Assembly: GCA_028697015.1 (NCBI GenBank)
Contig: JAQVFW010000001.1
Location: 67,603-131,602, forward strand
Direction: 5' to 3'
Origin: Minisyncoccota bacterium
GTDB lineage: Bacteria > Patescibacteriota > Minisyncoccia > Minisyncoccales > GWA2-38-27
Length of the DNA stretch: 64,000 nucleotides
Both the position numbers and the translations under genes were made by a program. Positions 10,472 through 19,835 of the stretch are shown one piece after another. The number at the start of each line of letters is the position of its first letter. Position 1 is the stretch's first letter. A model generated the notes under the pieces. That model did not search any database. It saw only the letters and a program-made list of their open reading frames with translations, and was not told the origin of the DNA.

Positions 10472-10525
10472 CCTTGAATTACCAAATTAGACCGCTTATA
10501 AGTGATTTAATCTGGTAATTTAAGG
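10472..10525 (+). promoter_or_regulatory. 20-bp imperfect hairpin whose 3' arm contains the rpsS Shine-Dalgarno
   Basis: CCTTGAATTACCAAATTAGA (10472-10491) pairs with TTTAATCTGGTAATTTAAGG (10506-10525) at 17 WC pairs, 2 GU pairs and 1 mismatch. The loop is 14 nt. AAGGA at 10521-10525 lies 11 nt before the ATG. Confidence 0.5.
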
Positions 10526-10536
10526 AAAAATATTTT

Positions 10537-10824
10537 ATGACAAGAAGTTTAAAAAAAGGTCCATATATAGCCGAAAGTGTTTTGGAAAAGATTAAAAAAA
10601 GCAAGCCGGGAGAGAAAGCAATCAAAACATGGGCAAGAAGCTGTACAATCACTCCGGAAATGGTGGGATACTCTTTTGATGTTTATAACGGAAAGCAGTT
10701 TATCCAAGTTCAAATTAAGGAAGAGATGATTGGCCATAAACTTGGTGAATTTTCTCCAACTAAGAAATTTGTAAGGCATGGAGGAAAGATTCAAAGAGAA
10801 GTGGAAAAGAAGGGAAAGAAATAA
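10537..10824 (+). CDS. rpsS: 30S ribosomal protein S19
   Basis: MTRSLKKGPY...VYNGK.F..V.I.EEMIGHKLGEF is an S19 pattern. Confidence 0.95.
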   Translation: MTRSLKKGPYIAESVLEKIKKSKPGEKAIKTWARSCTITPEMVGYSFDVYNGKQFIQVQIKEEMIGHKLGEFSPTKKFVRHGGKIQREVEKKGKK

Positions 10825-10834
10825 AATAGAAAAA

Positions 10835-11335
10835 ATGATTATAAAAGCAGAAGCAAATTATATAAGGATTTCGCCAAGGAAAGTTAGAATGGTGGCAGAT
10901 ATTATCAGGGGAAAGGGTCTTGTTGAAGCGAAAGATATTCTCAGGTTTACGATAAAAAAACCGGCGCATCCTCTTGAAAAACTTTTGAAATCGGCAGAAA
11001 GCAATGCTAAAAATAATTTCGAAATAGTTCCCGAAACCCTTTATATTTCAAAGATAACAGTTGACGAAGGGCCAAAATTCAAAAGATGGATGCCAAGAGC
11101 AAGAGGACAAGCCTATCCGATTTTTAAAAAAACATCGCATATTACGGTTATTCTTGAACCGATAGAAGGAAAAATTAAAAAAGTGAAAAACAAAAAAAAG
11201 AAAGAAGAAATAAAAGAAGGAAAAGAGCAAGTTAGTGTTCTTAAAAAAGAAAGAAAAAAATGGGAAAGAAAGGAAAATATTAATGCAAGGGGAAAATCAG
11301 AAACAAAAAAAATGTTTAGAAGAAAATCAATGTAA
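10835..11335 (+). CDS. rplV: 50S ribosomal protein L22 with ~60-aa Lys/Glu-rich C-terminal tail
   Basis: The ATG at 10835 gives MIIKAEANYIRISPRKVRMVADIIRGK, an L22 N-terminus. The track ORF start at 10778 overlaps rpsS and is unlikely. Confidence 0.9.
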   Translation: MIIKAEANYIRISPRKVRMVADIIRGKGLVEAKDILRFTIKKPAHPLEKLLKSAESNAKNNFEIVPETLYISKITVDEGPKFKRWMPRARGQAYPIFKKTSHITVILEPIEGKIKKVKNKKKKEEIKEGKEQVSVLKKERKKWERKENINARGKSETKKMFRRKSM

Positions 11336-11351
11336 GTAAGATTGTAAAATT

Positions 11352-12002
11352 ATGGCGCATAAAGTTCATCCAAAAGCATATAGAATCAGAGAAAACGCGG
11401 ACTGGGATTCAAGGTGGTATCATAAAACCCCCGGTTTGTTGCTTGAAGAAGATTTTAAAGTAAGGGATTTCTTAAAAAAGAAACTTAATAAAATTGGTGT
11501 TGAAAAAATTGAAATAGAGCGATCTTTAAATAAATTGAATATTATAATCACAACTCCACGCCCGGGCCTTATCATTGGCCGTGGCGGAGAAGGAGTGGAT
11601 CTTCTCAAAAAAGAGATAGAGCGTAAAATTATTAAAAATACAGGCAAAGAAAAAAAAGAAATAAGGATTGAAATAAGAGAAATTAAAAATCCTTGGACTT
11701 CTGCCGCTTCAACTGCCACATGGGTTGCCCAGCAAATAGAGAAAAGAATGCCATACAGAAAAGTGATGAAGCAGGCTATTCAAAAAACGACAGTAAATAA
11801 AGAGATAAAAGGAGTAAAAGTGGAGCTTTCAGGACGGCTTAACGGAGCGGATATTGCAAGAAGAGAATGGCTTTCTTCCGGACGGTTGCCTTTGCAAACA
11901 ATAAGAGCAGATATTGACTATGCAAAGGCGGAGGCTTTTACAACTTTTGGAATAGTGGGAATAAAATTTTGGCTCTATAAAGGAGACAAATTTGATGAAT
12001 AA
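11352..12002 (+). CDS. rpsC: 30S ribosomal protein S3
   Basis: MAHKVHPKAYR start, a KH domain with GLIIGRGGEG, and a C-terminal S3 domain. Confidence 0.95.
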   Translation: MAHKVHPKAYRIRENADWDSRWYHKTPGLLLEEDFKVRDFLKKKLNKIGVEKIEIERSLNKLNIIITTPRPGLIIGRGGEGVDLLKKEIERKIIKNTGKEKKEIRIEIREIKNPWTSAASTATWVAQQIEKRMPYRKVMKQAIQKTTVNKEIKGVKVELSGRLNGADIARREWLSSGRLPLQTIRADIDYAKAEAFTTFGIVGIKFWLYKGDKFDE

Positions 12003-12008
12003 AAAATT

Positions 12009-12419
12009 ATGGCCGTATTAATACCAAGAAAAGTTAAACATAGAAAGAGCTTCAAAGGAAGATCAAAAGGAATAGCGACCCGCGGAACGGAGGTTTCTTT
12101 TGGTAGTTACGGACTTAAATCTCTTGGAACCAAATGGATTTCATCCCGCCAGCTTGAAGCCGCAAGAAGGGCTATAATAAGATATTTGAGAAAAGGAGGA
12201 AAAATGTGGATTAGGGTATTTCCCGACAAGCCGGTAACAAAGAAAGGAACAGAGGTTCCTATGGGCGGAGGAAAAGGAGCTGTTGATCATTATGTTTTTC
12301 CTATAAGACCAGGAAGAATGATATTTGAAGTTGAGGGGATAAAAGAAGAAGACGCAAGGAGCGCTTTTAAAAAAGCAGCGGACAAACTTCCCATTAAAAC
12401 AAAGTTTGTTAAGAGATAG
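12009..12419 (+). CDS. rplP: 50S ribosomal protein L16
   Basis: P.K.KHRK..KGR... MGGGKG is an L16 pattern. Confidence 0.95.
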   Translation: MAVLIPRKVKHRKSFKGRSKGIATRGTEVSFGSYGLKSLGTKWISSRQLEAARRAIIRYLRKGGKMWIRVFPDKPVTKKGTEVPMGGGKGAVDHYVFPIRPGRMIFEVEGIKEEDARSAFKKAADKLPIKTKFVKR

Positions 12420-12443
12420 GTTTTTTAATTTGTAAAGATAAAT

Positions 12444-12632
12444 ATGAAAATTTCTGAAATTATAAAAAAAGAAAATAAAGACATTGAGGTTTTTATTGCT
12501 GAAAAAAAGGCAAAGTTATCCCGTCTTAAATTTGATCTTCCCTTAAGAAAGGTAAAGAATACTTCAGAGATTAAAGAGATTAAAAAAGACATTGCAAGGG
12601 CGCTTACGGCTCTTTGCCAAAAACAAATATAA
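12444..12632 (+). CDS. rpmC: 50S ribosomal protein L29
   Basis: A 62-aa helical protein in the conserved slot between rplP and rpsQ. Confidence 0.85.
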   Translation: MKISEIIKKENKDIEVFIAEKKAKLSRLKFDLPLRKVKNTSEIKEIKKDIARALTALCQKQI

Positions 12633-12636
12633 AAAT

Positions 12637-12870
12637 ATGCCAAAAAGAAAATTAACAGGAGAGATTGTTTCTAGCAATATGGATAAAACGGTGGTAGTTA
12701 AAGTTTTGAGCGTGAAAGAACATCCTAAATACAAGAAAAGATACAAAGTCCATAAAAAATATCAAGCCGATGATCCCGAGAATCAATATAAAATAGGGGA
12801 AAGCGTTGTAATAGAAGAATGCCGTCCGATATCAAAAAATAAGAGATGGAAAGTTTTAAAGAAAATATAA
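12637..12870 (+). CDS. rpsQ: 30S ribosomal protein S17
   Basis: The ATG at 12637 gives MPKRKLTGEIVSSNMDKTVVVKV...HPKYKK, which is S17. The track start at 12592 overlaps rpmC. Confidence 0.9.
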   Translation: MPKRKLTGEIVSSNMDKTVVVKVLSVKEHPKYKKRYKVHKKYQADDPENQYKIGESVVIEECRPISKNKRWKVLKKI

Positions 12871-12885
12871 CTTGAGTTTTAAATT

Positions 12886-13254
12886 ATGATTCAGCCAAGA
12901 ACAATGTTAAAGGTAGCTGATAATTCTGGAGCAAAAATTGTCCAGTGTATTAAGGTTTTAGGAGGAACGCGAAGAAGATATGCTTTTTTGGGAGATATTA
13001 TTGTTGCGGCGGTGAAAGAAGCGGAACCAAGAAAACCGGTGAAAAAACATGATGTTGTAAAAGCGGTGATTGTAAGGCAAAAAAAGCATTTTAAGCGTCC
13101 TGATGGAACATATATTAGTTTTAGCGATAATGCGGTTGTTATTCTTGGAGCAGGAAAAGAGCCGAAAGGAGGAAGAATTTTAGGTCCTATCTCTAGAGAG
13201 ATAAAAGAAAAAGGTTTTGATAAAATATCAAGCTTGGCAAAAGAAGTTCTGTGA
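12886..13254 (+). CDS. rplN: 50S ribosomal protein L14
   Basis: [17 protein letters not shown] start in a 122-aa protein. Confidence 0.97.
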   Translation: MIQPRTMLKVADNSGAKIVQCIKVLGGTRRRYAFLGDIIVAAVKEAEPRKPVKKHDVVKAVIVRQKKHFKRPDGTYISFSDNAVVILGAGKEPKGGRILGPISREIKEKGFDKISSLAKEVL

Positions 13255-13272
13255 TTTTATCAAAAATTACAT

Positions 13273-13611
13273 ATGATTAAAAAAACCAAAAAAAATATTA
13301 CAGGAACAAAGTTAAAAAAAGGAGACCAAGTTCTTGTTATAACAGGCAAAGACAAAGGAAAGAAAGGAAAAATAATGAAAGTTCTTCTGAAAGAAGCAAG
13401 AGCGCTTGTTGAGGGAATTAATTTAAAGAAAAAAAGAATGAGGCCGAAAACGTCGGGAAAAAAGGGAGAAATAATAGAGATGCCTTCTCCCATTTCCATT
13501 TCCAACGTTAAAATTATTTGTCCAAAATGCGGAAAGGCTGCTCGAATTGGAAAAAATGAAAATGAAGGTAAAAAGCAAAGAATTTGCAAAAAATGTAAAC
13601 AAAGTATATAA
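13273..13611 (+). CDS. rplX: 50S ribosomal protein L24 (KOW plus C-terminal CxxC...CxxC)
   Basis: LKKGDQVLVITGKDKGKKGKI KOW motif plus CPKCG...CKKC. Confidence 0.9.
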   Translation: MIKKTKKNITGTKLKKGDQVLVITGKDKGKKGKIMKVLLKEARALVEGINLKKKRMRPKTSGKKGEIIEMPSPISISNVKIICPKCGKAARIGKNENEGKKQRICKKCKQSI

Positions 13612-13628
13612 AGGAGTTCAACGATTCT

Positions 13629-14186
13629 ATGTCACGATTAAAAGAAAAATATGAAAAGAAAGTTATACCGGCGATGATGGAAAAGTTCGGGTATAAAAAT
13701 AAGTTTTCTGTTCCTAAAATGGAAAAGGTGGTTTTAAACGTTGGATTTGGAAAGATAGCATCCGGGAAAGCTTCTACTGAACAAAAGAAAATAGAAGAAG
13801 CGGTTTTGGAAGATCTGGGATTGATTTCAGGCCAGAGGCCGTATCTTGCCAATGCAAAAAAATCGGTTGCTGCTTTCAAGCTTAGAAAAGGAACGCCAGT
13901 TGGAGCGGCAGTTGTTTTAAGAAAGAAAAAGATGTATGATTTCGTAGACCGCTTTATTAGCATTTCTCTTCCGCGAATGAGAGATTTTGCCGGAATAAAA
14001 AAAGAATCTTTTGATAAAAGCGGGAATCTTACGATAGGAATACGCGAACATATTATTTTCCCGGAAATTCTTCCGGAAAAAACAAAAAGTATTTTTGGAA
14101 TGGAGGTGACAATAGCGACTACTTCGAAAAACAAAGAAGAGGGAATTGAAATGTTAAGATTAATCGGATTCCCTATAAAGAAATAA
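13629..14186 (+). CDS. rplE: 50S ribosomal protein L5
   Basis: L5-like sequence (NVGFG..., [19 protein letters not shown]) in spc-operon order. Confidence 0.95.
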   Translation: MSRLKEKYEKKVIPAMMEKFGYKNKFSVPKMEKVVLNVGFGKIASGKASTEQKKIEEAVLEDLGLISGQRPYLANAKKSVAAFKLRKGTPVGAAVVLRKKKMYDFVDRFISISLPRMRDFAGIKKESFDKSGNLTIGIREHIIFPEILPEKTKSIFGMEVTIATTSKNKEEGIEMLRLIGFPIKK

Positions 14187-14371
14187 TGGCAAAAAAAGGA
14201 AAAATAGAAAAATCAAAGAAAAAGCCGAAGTTTAGCACGAGAGAAATAAACAGATGTTTTAAGTGTGGCAGAAAAAGAGCATACTTAAGGAAATTCCACT
14301 TGTGCAGAATTTGTTTTAGAGAAATGGCAAATAAAGGGGAAATCCCTGGAGTTAAAAAGTCATCCTGGTAA
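14186..14371 (+). CDS. rpsZ: 30S ribosomal protein S14, short zinc-binding (type Z) form
   Basis: A 61-aa protein with CFKCGR...CRIC and a terminal KKSSW. Confidence 0.9.
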   Translation: MAKKGKIEKSKKKPKFSTREINRCFKCGRKRAYLRKFHLCRICFREMANKGEIPGVKKSSW

Positions 14372-14391
14372 ACTAAAAATAAAAGAAAAAT

Positions 14392-14784
14392 ATGACAGAT
14401 CCAATTGCAGACATGCTAAGCAGAATAAGAAATGCTAAGGCCGTTTCCAAAAAAACGGTTTCTATTCCTTTTTCCAATTTAAAATATCGTCTCGCCAATA
14501 TTCTTCTTGAAGAAAAATTTGTTGCCAAAGTTGAAAAAAAGGGAAGAAATACTAGCAGAACAATAGAAATTGATTTGAAGTACGAGAAAGAAGGAGAATC
14601 AGTTATAACTGGATTAAAAAGAATTTCAAAGCCGGGCCAAAGGATATATTCTGGTTCAGATAAGATAAAAGGAGTAAGAGGCGGATACGGCATATCTGTT
14701 GTTTCAACTCCCAAGGGCCTTATGACAGGAAAAGAAGCGAAGAAAAAAAATCTTGGAGGAGAAATTATTTGTGAAATCTGGTAA
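14392..14784 (+). CDS. rpsH: 30S ribosomal protein S8
   Basis: MTDPIADMLSRIRNA is the S8 N-terminus. Confidence 0.95.
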   Translation: MTDPIADMLSRIRNAKAVSKKTVSIPFSNLKYRLANILLEEKFVAKVEKKGRNTSRTIEIDLKYEKEGESVITGLKRISKPGQRIYSGSDKIKGVRGGYGISVVSTPKGLMTGKEAKKKNLGGEIICEIW

Positions 14785-14803
14785 AATTGAAAAATATATT
14801 ATT

Positions 14804-15346
14804 ATGTCAAGAATAGGAAAAAAACCAATTATAATACCATCAAATGTGGAAGTTAAAATAGACGGTTTGCAAGTTTCTGTAAAAGGCCAGAGGGGAGAAC
14901 TTGTAAGAATTTTTCGTCCAGAAGTGAAAATTGAATTAAAAGAAAATCAAGTTTTTGTTTCTTTAAAAGTTGAGAACAATAATTCTAAAAAATATTGGGG
15001 TCTTACCAGAACGCTTCTGTCAAACATGATAGAAGGAGTATTAAACGGCTACCAGGAAAAACTCCAAATAGAAGGAGTTGGATACAGAGCGGAAATTGAA
15101 GGAGGAGACATTAATTTGAAAGTTGGTTTTTCTCATGTGGTTAAAATCAAAAAACCCGAAGGAATTTCTTTTTCAGTAGATAAAAATATTATTACGGTAG
15201 AAGGGATAGAAAAAGAAAAGGTTGGGCTTATCGCTGCAAAAATTAGAGCTGTCCGCCCTCCTGAACCATATAAAGGAAAAGGAATAAGATATGTCGGAGA
15301 AGTTGTTAAAAAGAAAGTCGGCAAGAAAGTTGCCAGCGCCGCTTAA
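14804..15346 (+). CDS. rplF: 50S ribosomal protein L6
   Basis: The ATG at 14804 gives MSRIGKKPIIIPSNVEV, an L6 N-terminus. The track start at 14753 overlaps rpsH. Confidence 0.93.
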   Translation: MSRIGKKPIIIPSNVEVKIDGLQVSVKGQRGELVRIFRPEVKIELKENQVFVSLKVENNNSKKYWGLTRTLLSNMIEGVLNGYQEKLQIEGVGYRAEIEGGDINLKVGFSHVVKIKKPEGISFSVDKNIITVEGIEKEKVGLIAAKIRAVRPPEPYKGKGIRYVGEVVKKKVGKKVASAA

Positions 15347-15352
15347 ACGATT

Positions 15353-15694
15353 ATGCTTAAAAAACAATTAAAAAGAAAACAAAGGCAAAAAAGAGTTTCC
15401 AAAAAAATTATTGGCTATACAGAAAAGCCCCGTCTTTCCGTTTTCCGTTCAGCCAATCATATTTATGCCCAAATTATTGATAGCAATACAGGAAAAACGG
15501 TTGTTTCTGCAAACGACAAAAATATAAAAAAAGGGAAAAAAACAGAAAAGGCCTTTAAGGCGGGAGAAATTATTGCCAAAGAGGCAATGTCTAAAAAAAT
15601 AAAAGAAGTTGTTTTTGACAGGGCCGGATACAAATATCATGGCAGAGTAAAGTCGCTTGCCGAGGGTGCCCGCAAAGAAGGATTAAAATTTTAA
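15353..15694 (+). CDS. rplR: 50S ribosomal protein L18
   Basis: PRLSVFRSANHIYAQIID and FDRAGYKYHGRVKSLAEGAR motifs. Confidence 0.9.
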   Translation: MLKKQLKRKQRQKRVSKKIIGYTEKPRLSVFRSANHIYAQIIDSNTGKTVVSANDKNIKKGKKTEKAFKAGEIIAKEAMSKKIKEVVFDRAGYKYHGRVKSLAEGARKEGLKF

Positions 15695-15700
15695 TCAGAC

Positions 15701-16198
15701 ATGAATAATTTTACAAGAAAACCAGCAGAAAAAAAAGATAACTTTGATTCAAAGCTTCTTGATCTTGCAAGAGTTGTAAGAATGACAGGAGGAGGAAGAA
15801 AGTTTCGCTTTAGAGCCACGGTAATCGTAGGTAATTATCAAGGGCTTGTTGGAATGGGAATTGCGAAAGGAAAGGACGTTGCAGAAGCGATTGAAAAAGC
15901 CACAAAAGCCGCCAAAAAAAATATTATTCAGGTTCCTATTTTAAAAGATACGATTGCTCATCAGGTTGAGTCGAAATTTAAAGCCGCTAAGGTTGTTTTA
16001 AAGCCGCAAAGCAAAGGGAGAGGAGTTGTTGCAGGAGGAACAGTCAGGGTTATTTGTAATTTAGCGGGAATTAAGAATATTTCTTCTAAAATTATCGGTA
16101 AGACAAATAACAAGATTAATAATGCAAACGCGGCGATTTCCGCCTTGAAAAAATTGAAAAACAAAAATGCAAATACACGAACTGAAAATCAAAAATAA
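15701..16198 (+). CDS. rpsE: 30S ribosomal protein S5
   Basis: RVVRMTGGGRKFRFRATVIVGN...GIAKGKDV is an S5 pattern. Confidence 0.93.
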   Translation: MNNFTRKPAEKKDNFDSKLLDLARVVRMTGGGRKFRFRATVIVGNYQGLVGMGIAKGKDVAEAIEKATKAAKKNIIQVPILKDTIAHQVESKFKAAKVVLKPQSKGRGVVAGGTVRVICNLAGIKNISSKIIGKTNNKINNANAAISALKKLKNKNANTRTENQK

Positions 16199-16628
16199 GG
16201 CCAAAAAAAAGAAAAGAGTTGGAAGAGGAGGAAAAAGAGGAACATATTCGGGAAGAGGGATGAAGGGCCAAAAATCAAGAGCGGGAAGAAAAATGGAGCC
16301 GCTTATAAGAGGATCTATCAAAAGGTATCCTAAGTTAAAAGGTTATAAATTTAAGAGCTTTAAAGATATTGTTGTTTTGAATTTATCCGTCTTGAATAAA
16401 AAATTCAATGAAGGGGAAAAAGTAACACCTCAGATTTTAGTTTCAAAAAAGCTTGTTTCCAGAGTTTCAGGGAGAACGCCCAAGGTAAAAATTTTAGCAA
16501 CTGGCAAGATAGAAAAGGGTCTATTTTTTGAAAACTGCCTTTTTTCGAATGCAGCAAAAGAAAAAATAGAAAAAGCAAACGGGAAAATTAAAGCAAAAAG
16601 CGTGAAGGAAGAGAAAAGCAAGCAATAA
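16167..16628 (+). CDS. rplO: 50S ribosomal protein L15
   Basis: KKKKRVGRGGKRGTYSGRGMKGQKSRAG motif. The start overlaps the end of rpsE, leaving no room for rpmD. Confidence 0.9.
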   Translation: MQIHELKIKNKAKKKKRVGRGGKRGTYSGRGMKGQKSRAGRKMEPLIRGSIKRYPKLKGYKFKSFKDIVVLNLSVLNKKFNEGEKVTPQILVSKKLVSRVSGRTPKVKILATGKIEKGLFFENCLFSNAAKEKIEKANGKIKAKSVKEEKSKQ

Positions 16629-16644
16629 AAGATTGAAATAAATT

Positions 16645-17922
16645 ATGTGGTACCAAAAAATTATCCAAATTTACAAGATAAAAGATCTTAGGAAAAAGAT
16701 ACTCTTTATTTTGGGTATTTTAGCTTTTTTCAGAGTTATGGCGAGTATTCCGATGCCTGGAATAGACGCCCAAAATTTAAAACTTTTCTTTGAACAATTT
16801 CAGATGTTCGGGCTTCTTAATGTTTTTACAGGAGGGGCTCTTGATAGAATGTCTATCGTGATGCTTGGGGTTGGCCCTTATATTACAGCCGTTATTATAC
16901 TGCAGCTTTTGACGATGATAATTCCCCAGCTGGAAAAGCTCTATAAAGAAGAAGGAGAAGCGGGGAGAAAGAAGTTTAACCAATACGGAAGAATGCTTAC
17001 TGTTCCTTTCGCCCTTGTTCAGGGATATGGAATGCTGGCTCTTTTTCAAAGGCAAAATGTTATTCCTTCTCTTGATGGAATGACTCTTGCTGTTTCTCTT
17101 CTTACGGTTACTGCAGGAACGGTTCTTTTAATGTGGCTTGGAGAATTGATATCTGAAAAAGGAATAGGTAACGGAGTTTCTATTTTAATTTTTGCCGGAA
17201 TAGTTGCCGATTTTCCTTCGAATATACGTCAAATGGTTTTTACATGGGACCCCGCCATGATTCCTTCTTATTTGATATTTTTTGCTCTGGCAATTTTGAT
17301 TATTGCCGGGGTTGTTCTGGTAAACGAAGGAAGAAGGAATATTCCCATATCATACGCAAAAAGAGTCAGGGGAATGAAAATGTACGGAGGAGCTTCCACT
17401 TATTTGCCTTTAAATGTTAATCCTGCCGGAGTAATACCAATTATATTCGCTCTGTCGGTTGTTCTTCTTCCCGGAATGCTGGCTAGTTTTTTTGTAGGGA
17501 AAGAAGGTATGATTGGGGCAATTGCAACTGGTGTTTCTTCTTTTCTTTCCGATCCTTGGATTCATAATATTCTTTATTTCACACTAGTTGTTCTTTTCAC
17601 TTTTTTCTATACGGCCGTTACTTTCGACCCGAAAAATATTTCCGGCAATCTTCAGAAAATGGGTGGCTTTATTCCGGGGATAAGACCAGGAGATCCGACT
17701 GCCGATTTTATACAGCATATTTTAAATAGAGTTTTGCTTTTTGGCGCTATTTTTCTTGGAACTATAGCGGTAATGCCTTCAATTGTAGCTGGGATAACTC
17801 AGGTTGGCGTTTTTAATTTTTTAATAGGGGGAACTTCTCTTCTTATCGCGGTGAGCGTTGTTCTTGATACAATGAAACAAATAAATGCCCAGCTCCAAAT
17901 GAGAGAGTACGAAACGTTTTAA
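16645..17922 (+). CDS. secY: Preprotein translocase subunit SecY
   Basis: A 425-aa protein with 10 TM helices and SecY-type motifs (GIGNGVSILIFAGI), in the conserved position after rplO. Confidence 0.95.
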   Translation: MWYQKIIQIYKIKDLRKKILFILGILAFFRVMASIPMPGIDAQNLKLFFEQFQMFGLLNVFTGGALDRMSIVMLGVGPYITAVIILQLLTMIIPQLEKLYKEEGEAGRKKFNQYGRMLTVPFALVQGYGMLALFQRQNVIPSLDGMTLAVSLLTVTAGTVLLMWLGELISEKGIGNGVSILIFAGIVADFPSNIRQMVFTWDPAMIPSYLIFFALAILIIAGVVLVNEGRRNIPISYAKRVRGMKMYGGASTYLPLNVNPAGVIPIIFALSVVLLPGMLASFFVGKEGMIGAIATGVSSFLSDPWIHNILYFTLVVLFTFFYTAVTFDPKNISGNLQKMGGFIPGIRPGDPTADFIQHILNRVLLFGAIFLGTIAVMPSIVAGITQVGVFNFLIGGTSLLIAVSVVLDTMKQINAQLQMREYETF

Positions 17923-17929
17923 AATTTTT

Positions 17930-18643
17930 ATGGGGGAGAAAAACAAGAAAGTTTTAATTATTTTTGGCGCTCCTGGAGCGGGAAAAGGAACACAAGCCCA
18001 ATTGCTTTCCGAAGCTTTGGACTTTTTTTATCTTGAAACAAGCAAAGTTCTTGAAGAAAACTTTAAAAATGAAGAAGATGACAGATTTCTTTTAATCGAC
18101 GGAGAAAAGTATGATACCTTAAAAGAGAAAAAACTTTGGGAAGAAGGAATTTTATGCAGTCCGCCTTTTGTTGTTTTTTTAATAAAGAAAAAAATAAAGA
18201 AGCTTTTTGATGCCGGAGAGAGCATAATACTAGCAGGCTCTCCCAGGACTATTTATGAAAGCTCCAAGGTAATTCCTTTTCTCAAAGAACTCTATGGAGA
18301 AAAAAATATTAAAACTGTTCTTGTCAATATAACTCCGGAAGAAACAATAAAAAGAAATTCAAAAAGAAGGATATGCTCTTTAATGAGGCATCCTATTATT
18401 TATACGGAAGAAACAAAAGACCTGAAAAAATGTCCCCTTGACGGTTCAAAACTTATGAAGCGGGAAGGATTAGACGATGTTGAAACGATAAAAATACGCC
18501 TTAAAGAATATGAATCAAGAACTTTTCCAGTCGTGGAAGATATGAAAAAACAAGGAATTGAAGTTAAGTCAATTGACGGAAGCGGTTCTCCTGTTGATAT
18601 TTTTGAAGAGATAATAAAAAAATTAGGAGAGTTTGCTAATTGA
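17930..18643 (+). CDS. adk: Adenylate kinase (divergent, with insertions)
   Basis: P-loop GAPGAGKGTQA, a lid-like segment RRICS...CPLDGSKLMKREGLDD, and the conserved position after secY. Confidence 0.8.
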   Translation: MGEKNKKVLIIFGAPGAGKGTQAQLLSEALDFFYLETSKVLEENFKNEEDDRFLLIDGEKYDTLKEKKLWEEGILCSPPFVVFLIKKKIKKLFDAGESIILAGSPRTIYESSKVIPFLKELYGEKNIKTVLVNITPEETIKRNSKRRICSLMRHPIIYTEETKDLKKCPLDGSKLMKREGLDDVETIKIRLKEYESRTFPVVEDMKKQGIEVKSIDGSGSPVDIFEEIIKKLGEFAN

Positions 18644-18650
18644 TTAAAAA

Positions 18651-19826
18651 ATGAAAAATTTCTTATTCACTTCCGAATCTGTAACCGAAGGTCATCCAGA
18701 TAAAGTTGCCGACCAAATTTCCGATGCCGTTTTGGATTCTTTGCTTAAAAAAGACAAATATTCAAGAGTTGCCTGCGAAGTTGCGGTCGGAATGGGTTAT
18801 GTTCTTGTCGGGGGAGAGGTTACAACAAAGGCCTTTGTCAATGTTAATAATATTGTAAGGGATGTTGTGCACGATATTGGTTATGATAAGCCCGAGTATG
18901 GTTTTGATTACCGCACTTTTGCCATTTTCAATGCCATTAACGAGCAATCGAAGGACATTGCAATGGGAGTTAAAAAAACAGCAGATAAAAAGCAGGGAGC
19001 GGGAGATCAGGGAATGCAGACAGGATTTGCTTGCAGAGAAACCTCAGAACTTATGCCTTTGCCGATTATATTAAGTCATAAGCTTTCAAAACGCCTTGCA
19101 GAAGTGAGAAAAAAGAAAATTCTTCCTTTTTTAAGACCGGACGGAAAAAGTCAAGTTACCGTTTATTATGAGAATATGAAGCCAAAATTTGTACAGGCCG
19201 TAGTAATTGGCGCCCAACATGACCCTAATGTTAACTCTTCAAAATTAAGAAAAGAAATAATAAACAAAGTGATAAAGCCGGTGTGCGGGAAATATCTTAC
19301 TTCAAAAACTTCTTACCATATCAATACGACTGGCCGTTTTGTTATTGGAGGGCCTGTTGCAGATTGTGGAGCAACCGGAAGAAAAATTATAGTCGATACT
19401 TATGGAGGAATGGCTAATGTCGGAGGAGGGGCTTTTTCAGGAAAAGACCCGACAAAAGTGGACAGATCCGGAGCTTATATGGCCCGATATATTGCCAAGA
19501 ATATCGTTGCTTCCGGAATTTGTGAAAGATGTGAAATTCAAATTGCCTATACTATTGGAGGAACATCTCCTCTTTCTTTAAATGTTAACACTTTTGATTC
19601 CATCAACTTTAAAAAATTTCCGAATTTGACCGAAGAAAAAATAACTAAAATTATTCCAAAAGTTTTTGACCTTTCTCCGGGGATGATTATAAAACAACTT
19701 AATCTTTTAAGGCCGATATACAGAAAAACATCATGTTACGGCCATTTTGGCAGAAAAGAAAAAGAATTTACCTGGGAAAAAACAAACAAAGCCAGAAAAA
19801 TACTAATAGAAATTAAGAATATCTGA
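18651..19826 (+). CDS. metK: S-adenosylmethionine synthetase
   Basis: FTSESVTEGHPDKVADQISD, GAGDQG and GGGAFSGKDPTKVDRSGAY motifs. Confidence 0.95.
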   Translation: MKNFLFTSESVTEGHPDKVADQISDAVLDSLLKKDKYSRVACEVAVGMGYVLVGGEVTTKAFVNVNNIVRDVVHDIGYDKPEYGFDYRTFAIFNAINEQSKDIAMGVKKTADKKQGAGDQGMQTGFACRETSELMPLPIILSHKLSKRLAEVRKKKILPFLRPDGKSQVTVYYENMKPKFVQAVVIGAQHDPNVNSSKLRKEIINKVIKPVCGKYLTSKTSYHINTTGRFVIGGPVADCGATGRKIIVDTYGGMANVGGGAFSGKDPTKVDRSGAYMARYIAKNIVASGICERCEIQIAYTIGGTSPLSLNVNTFDSINFKKFPNLTEEKITKIIPKVFDLSPGMIIKQLNLLRPIYRKTSCYGHFGRKEKEFTWEKTNKARKILIEIKNI

Positions 19827-19835
19827 TTTTTGCAA

